The position numbers and the translations under genes were made by a program. From Octopus sinensis (Eukaryota): a stretch of 5,859 nucleotides of DNA. The notes below the pieces were generated by a model. The model was not told where the DNA came from. It worked only from the letters and a program-made list of their open reading frames with translations, and did no database searches. Every line of letters starts with the position of its first letter. Position 1 is the first letter of the stretch. Where the stretch lies: positions 1 to 5,859 of the forward strand of contig NW_021829527.1 of NCBI RefSeq assembly GCF_006345805.1. The letters are read 5' to 3'. Shown here in pieces: positions 1-5,859 of the stretch.

Positions 1-57
1 CCAACAATAACTGGAAAGTTAAGCCTCTAACAGGTTGGCATCCCATTCAGTTGGGTA

Positions 58-137
58 AGTTGTAATCATAAGATAGGGGGTTCGATTCTTGGACCGGGTG
101 ATGTGGTTTGTTCTTGAGCCAAACACTTCGTTCCACG
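58..137 (+). mobile_element. Degenerate 5' fragment of a tRNA-derived SINE (same family as 612-820)
   Basis: ataagatagggggttcgattcttggaccgggtgatgtggtttgttcttgagccaaacacttcgttccacg aligns by eye to 654-722 (gtaagatggtgggttcgattcttcgaccgggc...gtgttcttgagcaagacacttcatttcacg). B-box-like ggttcgattct at 79-89; A box eroded. Confidence 0.8.
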
Positions 138-169
138 GTATGTTCACTAACAACTCTGTAGAGATAATT

Positions 170-180
170 GGTTCGAATCC
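170..180 (+). promoter_or_regulatory. Orphan Pol III B box (GGTTCGAATCC), probably a remnant of another SINE head
   Basis: Exact match to the B-box consensus GGTTCGANNCC. No recognisable A box or tRNA cloverleaf upstream. Confidence 0.4.
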
Positions 181-207
181 AGTCTGATGCTGTGTACACA
201 CCCAATA

Positions 208-497
208 TTTGTTTGTTCCTTCTCGAGCCACGCCTGGCTCATAAGGGCCGGTTTCCCGGTTTACTTGGCGTATAGGTTCCCCACCTGGAAGGAACGCCGG
301 TCCGTGACAGGTGAGCTGCAAGATGCAGGCGGAAAGAGTCAGAGAAAATGGTGGCAAAAGAGTCAGCAGAAGTTTCGCCATCACCTTCTGTCGGAGCAAC
401 GTGGAGCATAAACACACACATTGCCCGGTCTGAGATTCGGACCCGCGATCCCTCGACCGCAAGTCCGCTGCTCTAACCACTAGGCCATGTACCTCCA
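208..497 (-). mobile_element. Near full-length octopus-type tRNA(Arg-like)-derived SINE
   Basis: The minus strand reads tggaggtacaTGGCCTAGTGGTTAGagcagcggacttgcggtcgagggatcgcgGGTCCGAATCTcagaccgggc (A box, B-box variant), then a body, then ccaggtggggaacctatacgccaagtaaaccgggaaaccggcccttatgagccaggcgtggctcgagaaggaacaaacaaa with an (ACAA)-type tail. It matches my recollection of an abundant Octopus SINE consensus. Confidence 0.9.
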
Positions 498-545
498 CTA
501 CCCAGGAATTAGACACCTGAGGACTATCACGGATAAAACTAATTG

Positions 546-612
546 AAACAGTGTAGATGGAAATATTGTATATATAAAAACAGTGTAGATGGAAATATTG
601 TATATAAAAACA
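546..612 (+). repeat. Two-copy tandem duplication, 30-32 bp unit (aaacagtgtagatggaaatattgtatat[at]aa)
   Basis: cagtgtagatggaaatattgtatat occurs at 549 and 581. The copies differ only by one TA unit, and a third aaaaaca start abuts the SINE at 612. Confidence 0.95.
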
Positions 613-820
613 AGGTACTTGGCTTAGTGGTTAGGGTGTTGGACTCATGATTGTAAGATGGTGGGTTCGATTCTTCGACCGGGCTGTACGAAGTGTTCTT
701 GAGCAAGACACTTCATTTCACGTTGTTCCAGCTGGCAAAAAGTAACTCTGTGACAGACCAGGGCCCCGTCCAGGTGGGGAATACACATACGCCAGCGAAA
801 GCAGTGAACTGGCCCTGTGA
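612..820 (+). mobile_element. tRNA(Arg-like)-derived SINE, short-body subfamily, 3' end eroded
   Basis: A box tggcttagtgg at 620-630 and B box ggttcgattct at 664-674. The head resembles tRNA-Arg (TGGCCTAATGGATAAGGCG...GACT..GATC..AAGAT...GGTTCGA). CORE-like gtgttcttgagcaagacactt follows. The 3' module ccgtccaggtggggaatacacatacgcc...ggccctgtga is shared with the SINE at 208-497. Confidence 0.88.
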
Positions 821-1050
821 TCCTTAAACGAGTAGTAGATTAACACAAAGTCTATTCACAGGGCCAATCCGAAATTCTGGCAACGTATTTGGCCCCCAAA
901 ACTGGCTTACGTCATTGGGTGAAAAGGAAGTCACACCAAAGTTTTGTCGAAATATTTGCTAGGGATCTCGAGTTCCCAACTTTTCAGGAGTCGTTGATTC
1001 TTTTGAATTTTTGTCCGCCCTTTGACAGGTTTTGTTTTTCATTCCTCTAG

Positions 1051-1176
1051 GGGGTCCAAGGAACACAGCGGCTCCCCTTTCCAAGGAGAGCTGCCAGCTT
1101 GGTAGGGCTGCCTGCATTGTGCGCCGATGGCGCCAGCTTTCGACAGCTATTGAGTTACATACTAGCAGTGAAGTAA
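1051..1176 (+). other. Candidate small exon or GC-rich functional island (unidentified)
   Basis: Preceded by a branch-like TTGAC (1022-1026), a polypyrimidine tract and CTAG (AG at 1049-1050). Markedly GC-richer than its flanks. Possible donors after 1101 (TTG|gtaggg) or 1172 (GAA|gtaaca). No protein family recognised. Confidence 0.25.
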
Positions 1177-1207
1177 CACACAGCACATACACACACACAT
1201 ACACACA

Positions 1208-1246
<39 letters not shown>

Positions 1247-1252
1247 ACACAT
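1176..1252. repeat. (CA)n microsatellite, interrupted
   Basis: Direct reading of acacacac with occasional AT interruptions. Confidence 0.97.
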
Positions 1253-1329
1253 ATATGCAACTGCGTGATATCACAGTGTCCACATTTGGAGACTGTTATT
1301 CGTTATTCGGACAGACTTATGTAACATTC

Positions 1330-1690
1330 CATGTGTGTATATGTATATGTATATATATATATATATGTACACACATACACACACAAAACACACACAGACA
1401 TATATGTGTGTATGTATGCATATGTACATATAATACATATATGCATGTGTATGTACACATGTATATTATATAATATGCATATATGTATATACATATATAA
1501 ATGTATATGATTATATGCTTATACAGAGATGCATATGTATATGCATATTTATATATGTATATATATGCATATGTATTTATTCATATATATATATATATAT
1601 GATAACAATATGATTGATATATAAACATATGCATATATACATACATATATGTACATACCTACATATATATGTATATATGCATGCATGTAT
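1330..1690. repeat. Compound alternating purine/pyrimidine low-complexity tract (TA/CA/TG, ATGC/ATAC units)
   Basis: About 360 nt almost entirely of atat, gtat, acat, gcat and acac units. Confidence 0.95.
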
Positions 1691-1853
1691 GGGTACAGGA
1701 CATCAAAGAAAAACGTTGAACACAATGAGAAATGAAAACATAAAAACAAAAACATGGAAACGAACTTCTTTCAAACGAAAAAACAGAGAAACGAGACATA
1801 CAACAGAAGGAATATTCCCCTTCTTCGGTTGTCCCTGTTTCGTCTACTCCGCG

Positions 1854-1858
<5 letters not shown>
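1691..1858 (-). repeat. Dispersed octopus repeat of unknown class, embedded in microsatellite
   Basis: A non-microsatellite block bounded by simple repeats on both sides. The minus strand tgaaacgcggagtagacgaaacagggacaacc...gatgtcctgtaccc resembles a repeat I recall from Octopus assemblies (unverified). The strand assignment is tentative. Confidence 0.55.

Positions 1859-1894
<36 letters not shown>
1857..1894. repeat. (TA)n microsatellite
   Basis: Direct reading. Confidence 0.97.
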
Positions 1895-2084
1895 CCGTTG
1901 GCGATTTTTTTCCCTATGGCTTCCCTTCTCTGGATATTTCCTTCTCCTATGTTTCCGACGAAAAGCTCCGCTCGAAACGTTAAACCCTCCTTCTTCCTTT
2001 CTTTCCTGAGCGTCCAATAATACTATATTTGTTCCACGTCCTCGCATTGTTGGTGTTTTTTTGTGCTTTCTTGTTTGGATTAAC
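1895..2084 (+). mobile_element. Short Penelope-like (pLTR) or retrozyme-like repeat flanked by (TA)n
   Basis: Contains the C.GA.GAA...cGAAACGT signature typical of Penelope-like element terminal repeats, followed by a pyrimidine/T-rich 3' part ending ggattaac. Sharply bounded by TA tracts. Resembles a recalled Octopus repeat. Confidence 0.6.
1951..1985 (+). ncRNA. Degenerate minimal type I hammerhead ribozyme motif
   Basis: GTTT (stem I, 1951-54), CCGACGA (core, U4>C), extra A, AAGC-TCC-GCTC (stem II, closing pair A.C mismatched), GAAA, C-G-T-T (palindromic ACGT stem III, GUU triplet), AAAC (stem I', 1982-85). Confidence 0.55.
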
Positions 2085-2143
<59 letters not shown>

Positions 2144-2151
2144 ATATATAT
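2085..2151. repeat. (TA)n microsatellite with TT interruptions
   Basis: Direct reading. Confidence 0.97.
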
Positions 2152-3587
2152 TACAACCATACATACATATGTAAAAATGAAGGTAGGATATTTAAAAAAA
2201 TTTCAAATTTCAAACCGTTGGCCAGCATGCGTAATAAAGTCAATAGAAAATTATTTTCATACATAAAAGGGTACAAACAATTATACACGAAAGAGGTGAC
2301 CTTTGACAGGACACCTTACATGCTAGAAAGGGAAGTCAAAACCCAAACCAAGACAGAGGTATACTTATGTATCTATGCATAGATGTATATAATATATTTA
2401 AATGTATACATACATACAAATGTATTTATGTATATATATATATTTGTGAAATTATATTAGTATATTCAAGGCACTGTATAGAAGAAGCACATCCTACACT
2501 AGATAAATATTGCCACACTTAAATCTCTTTAATTTTTAGGATTTTAAATAAAGCATTTTGCATATGTAATCATTCAAACGAAATTTTTCCATTCGAATTT
2601 TCATTATATTCAAATGGTAATATAAGAACTTCCGTTCGGACACTTGCAATATGTAATATTCACCGGGAAAAGGTATTGACACACGCACAAACAGGTCAGC
2701 AGTAAAGTTGTATGCATTTCAAAGAGTTCGATTCAAGTTATCTAGAAGGTATTTGTTAATGTATCTGTAGTTGTTGAAAATTTCAGATTTTCTAATTTAA
2801 ATAAATATTTGAGATGTTACGTGAAAAACCTCCCAGTAACATATCGATTTAATATCTTGAAAGTTTGATGCTTTGTTTGCTTTGGTTTAGTAAAACACAA
2901 AATATTTTAAAATTATATATTCTCTTTTATTCTAATTTTCAAATGTTGCTTCAAAGAACTGTGATGTTGCCCTTTACTTTGTTTCGGGAAGCGTAAGTGT
3001 TGCTGTCAAAGCGGCGTTTAAAACGTCTCCTAGTCATTCCTATAATAGTTTCATAAATAATATTTCGAATTAAGTTTTTTTATGGAGACGCTATTAATAC
3101 GAAGCAAGGTTACGTCAGTAAAATCGATTACTGATTTTCAATCACAGTTTTTTTTGGATATTGGATGGGAAGCATAGTCCTATACTTTTGCACGTAGATT
3201 TTATATTATCTTCCTTAGAATTCGTAACGGTTTAGATAAAATATTTCCAATGTCACTTGTGCAAGTATAGCTTATCTTGATTGAGTTACGATTGAATAAC
3301 TTGAGGTACATGTGGTTTAATAGAAAATGCGTGTCAATGAGGGTAAAAAAGAAATTTTACTGTATTTGTTTTGACGTTTAGAGAGAAAGGTGTGTTAAAT
3401 CATGTGAAGAGAAAGCTGAATTAAACCACATAAATATTACCGGTTAATGGTGTATAAATATTCATTGATAACAGCATAATCGTATAATTCTGATTAAAAA
3501 TCCTATGTAAATACGTTCACTCACAATAGTCTAACAAAGTTTGTGACCCATCGTGTTAGTTGATTGCAGCATTATTTAATTATCATC

Positions 3588-3630
3588 AAGGCCGTGAGTT
3601 GGCAGGATCGTTAGCACGCCAGGAGAAATG
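3588..3630 (+). mobile_element. 5' head fragment (A-box part only) of a further octopus SINE family
   Basis: aaggccgtgagttggcaggatcgttagcacgccaggagaaatg differs at about 6 of 43 positions from the recalled SINE start aaggcggcgagctggcagaatcgttagcacgccgggcgaaatg. The expected continuation (cttagcggtatttcg...gagttcaaattcc) is absent. Confidence 0.7.
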
Positions 3631-4888
3631 TAATGGTGTGGTTGCTGTTTGACACTCCGGAGGAGGCTTGCAATATTGCAAGCCAGCCTTTGGAGAGCAA
3701 GGAAATTTTGTTCCTCTCGTCGTACTGCGGGAGGAAGGTGATAAGAGCCTGGGTATGTGGGCTACCCACGGGCATAGAATCGGGTTGGATAGCCTGGGAG
3801 ATAGCGGGCCCAGGCTCTTAAATGTTAGAGTGACACCTGCGGTCAACTGGGAGGGTGCAAAGACGACTTTGACCCTGTGGACCCCAGTGGACGCAGGCAA
3901 AATGACCTTCCCCGATTTTTTGAGGATGGCTGGCTCCACGTATCCAGTGATTCTTGAGGGTCACCCTCCCTCCCAAGTGTCACTCGTGCCGGGAGTCAGG
4001 CCATATCAAGAAGGACTGCTCACGGGGCCGTGGTAAGATTTCGGAGCAGGAAAAGCGGAAGGTGCCGTCCGCTCTCCCATTGCAGGGAGAAACGGAGGAA
4101 GTCGATGAGGTATCGACCTCAACGAGAAGGAAGAGAAAGGTGAGCAGCGGTGGTTGCTTACCAGGGGACGTGCAGATTTCGGGAGAGGAGGAGGACTCTT
4201 CGGGTGTCCGACGGAGGCCCCGACTCCCGCAACCAAAAGAAAAAGAGAAAGAAGAGAAACGGGAGACGGTCGGCGGATGTCGCTGTGCCGCAGACCGAAC
4301 CCAATGTTCCTCCATTGGGAAGTGTGTCACCGGAGCGAAGGCTCCGCAAGTGGGAATTGTGCCACTGACAGAGCAGGCTGAGACCTCTCCCTGTGAGGAA
4401 GAGGTGGAACTTGTCATTTTCTATCTCAAGGGAGGGCTTGTTGAGTTACACTTGGACAGTCTTCTAGACCGAAAGCGATATGACTCGGTCTGTATAGACT
4501 GTCAAGTTGGCCTTATCCATGAATCCTTAAACTACTCTTGCGGACCCATCTTAATATTTTATTTGTGTGGACCCCCTAAAATCTTACATAGACCCCGGTT
4601 GAGGACCACTGATTTAGATGTATTCAAAGCAGACACTAACAACATTAATCTTATCTGTCTAGGAGGTCCTGCTGAAAGGCAAGAATTGTGTGTAGCATCT
4701 TACTTTCGGTTAAACCTCATATAAAGGCTCTTTCGTCTTAGGCTTGTTTATCATCCATCAGCTAGCTGCCCACTCTCTGTCCAAGGGCTGGCTTACCAAG
4801 ACACTCCTGTATACAATCAGCCTGGATCTTAATGTTATGCTAAACACACCACAATCTTAAATACATCTCGGCCTTAATATCTCTTATG
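3631..4888 (+). mobile_element. Inferred extent of the ORF1-bearing retroelement copy (ORF1 remnant plus about 160 nt putative 3' UTR, ending in a TA tract)
   Basis: Abrupt rise in GC at about 3588-3630 relative to the AT-rich flank. After the stop at 4724 no endonuclease/RT frame is evident before (TA)n at 4889. The boundaries are inferred and no TSD was found. Confidence 0.5.
3633..4724 (+). pseudogene. Non-LTR retrotransposon ORF1/gag-like protein (RRM-like region, CCHC zinc knuckle, charged linker, C-terminal domain); 5'-truncated, two frameshifts
   Basis: Reconstruction: MVWLLFDTPEEACNIASQPLESKEILFLSSYCGRKVIRAWVCGLPTGIESGWIA (frame of 3633), shift at about 3790-3820, then LGDSGPRLLNVRVTPAVNWEGAKTTLTLWTPVDAGKMTFPDFLRMAGSTYPVILEGHPP (frame of 3668), a 4-bp TCCC duplication at 3971-3974, then KCHSCRESGHIKKDC (C-x2-C-x4-H-x4-C, 3978-4019), open to TAA at 4724. 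The 'V..EG.P..C..C...GH....C' context is typical of L1/Tx1-type ORF1p. Confidence 0.8.
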
Positions 4889-4913
4889 TATATATATATA
4901 TATATATATATAT
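4889..4913. repeat. (TA)n microsatellite
   Basis: Direct reading. Confidence 0.97.
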
Positions 4914-4920
4914 TGTATAT

Positions 4921-5327
4921 TTACTCTTCTATTTGTTTCAGTCATTTGACTGTGGCCATGTTGGAACACCACATTTTTAGTTAAGCAAATCAACCCCAGG
5001 ACTTATTCTTTGTAAGCCTAGTACTTATTCTATCGGTGTCTTATTGCAAAACGGCTAAGTTACGGGAACGTAAACACACCAGCATCGGTTGTCATGCGAT
5101 GTTGGGGGAGACAAACACAGACACACAAACATACACACACACACACGCATATACATATATATACGTATATACGACGGGCTTCTTTCAGTTTCCGTCTACC
5201 AAATACACTCACAAGGCTTTGGTCGGCCCTTGGCTATAGTAGAAGACACTTGCCCAAGGTGCTACGCAGTGGGACTGAACCTGGAACCATGTGGTTCGTA
5301 AGCAAGCTACTTACCACACAGCCATTC
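4921..5327 (-). mobile_element. Near full-length octopus tRNA-derived SINE with CORE-like segment and internal (TA)/(TG) microsatellite
   Basis: Minus strand: A box tggctgtgtggtaag (5310-5324), B-box variant ggttcagtccc (5271-5281), CORE-like ccttgggcaagtgtcttc, internal microsatellite at about 5110-5172, and a 3' module ending catggccacagtcaaatgactgaaacaaatagaagag. It matches the recalled most abundant Octopus SINE. Confidence 0.92.
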
Positions 5328-5331
5328 AATC

Positions 5332-5363
5332 ATTATTATTACTATTATTATTATTATTATTAA
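5332..5363. repeat. (ATT)n microsatellite
   Basis: Direct reading. Confidence 0.95.
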
Positions 5364-5475
5364 TATAATTTCTGGTTAGTGTACATATTAAAAATCATTT
5401 CCATCTCTCACTTTCGGTAATGTTTATATATTTCTTTTAAATCAATATTATATCACCTTTGATCTCATCGATTCT

Positions 5476-5790
5476 TTTGTTGTTGTTATCTGTATATTTT
5501 TCCGATATTGCCACTTTTTATTGCAACAGTTGTAGTCGTTATGTTTGTTACTCTTGCTGTTGTCTCCGTTACTACTGCGTTTTTTTTTTCGTTTTACCGT
5601 TTTGAGTTTTTTCTTTTTTCTTTTGCATATTGCCGTTGTTGTTGTCATTGTCGTTCTCAGTACGTTATGTTATTTATTGTTGTTGTTGTTTTAAGATGAA
5701 GTCCTTCACTCTCTTTTCAATTTTCTTCTCTTTCAACTCTATTTTCATTCTCATCATCATTACCATCATCATCATCTTCATCATCATCAT
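5476..5790. repeat. Degenerate (GTT)n-rich tract, T runs and terminal (ATC)n microsatellite
   Basis: ttgttgttgtt at several positions from 5476 to 5690; catcatcat at 5752-5789. Confidence 0.85.
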
Positions 5791-5859
5791 ACCTTTTTCC
5801 TTTTCCTTGGATGTATTCTTCTTCAGTCATCTTCTTCGTCGTTTTCAACCTGAGTTTTC

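Noticed and set aside
19-516. 165-aa minus-strand ORF and overlapping ORFs 187-411 and 239-421
   Set aside because: They lie within SINE sequence; no protein family features.
546-612. CRISPR-like direct repeats
   Set aside because: Only two adjacent copies with no spacer, in a eukaryotic context.
612-690. tRNA gene suggested by A/B boxes and a CAT-containing loop
   Set aside because: No paired acceptor or anticodon stems, and it continues directly into a SINE body; it is a tRNA-derived SINE head.
826-841. aaacgagtagtagat resembling the duplicated unit, as a possible TSD of the SINE at 612-820
   Set aside because: Gapped, short match and not the sequence immediately flanking the 5' end.
1119-1136. 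CTCF-like motif (gatggcgcc)
   Set aside because: About 5 mismatches in the 5' half of the core; it is only a small GC hairpin.
959-2382. Numerous ORFs rich in YI/CV/HT dipeptides
   Set aside because: Translations of (TA)n/(CA)n microsatellites, which lack stops in some frames.
2686-2756. Possible exon (acag|GTCAGC...AGAAG|gtattt)
   Set aside because: No polypyrimidine tract, stops in two frames, and the remaining peptide is unrecognised.
3024-3133. Short inverted repeats (cgtctcc/ggagacg; cagtaa..ttactg) and a second TTACGTCA at 3110-3117
   Set aside because: 6-8 bp matches are expected by chance; no TSD or MITE structure.
3586-4417. Antisense and alternative-frame ORFs (3586-3939, 3980-4417, 4006-4236, 4150-4381, 4158-4349)
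   Set aside because: Shadow ORFs of the GC-rich ORF1 remnant; no independent motifs.
3954-4724. Intact 256-aa host zinc-knuckle gene as listed in the ORF track
   Set aside because: It starts at TTG, not ATG, and the upstream homologous-looking sequence continues in another frame across a 4-bp duplication; better explained as a retroelement pseudogene.
5036-5699. ORFs 5036-5363, 5448-5648 and 5508-5699
   Set aside because: Antisense SINE sequence and triplet low-complexity tracts.

Overview
Eukaryotic, non-coding, repeat-rich DNA, almost certainly from an octopus (coleoid cephalopod). This rests on recalled octopus tRNA-derived SINE consensus sequences and the dense (TA)n/(CA)n/(ATT)n/(ATC)n microsatellites; no database search was run. 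No intact host gene, rRNA, tRNA or CRISPR array is supported. The window holds: (i) a SINE cluster at 58-820, with a head-to-head pair and a 30-32 bp tandem duplication; (ii) a GC-rich island at about 860-1175 with promoter-type motifs and a good splice acceptor; (iii) two dispersed repeats embedded in TA tracts, one carrying a degenerate minimal type I hammerhead ribozyme of the Penelope/retrozyme kind (1951-1985); (iv) about 1.4 kb of AT-rich unique sequence; (v) a 43-nt SINE head fused to a 5'-truncated, twice-frameshifted gag/ORF1-like reading frame (RRM-like region plus CCHC knuckle, 3633-4724), followed by only about 160 nt and a TA tract with no ORF2, so a candidate ORF1-only non-autonomous retroelement; (vi) a near full-length minus-strand SINE (4921-5327) and terminal microsatellites. 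Most ORFs in the supplied track are artefacts of repeats.
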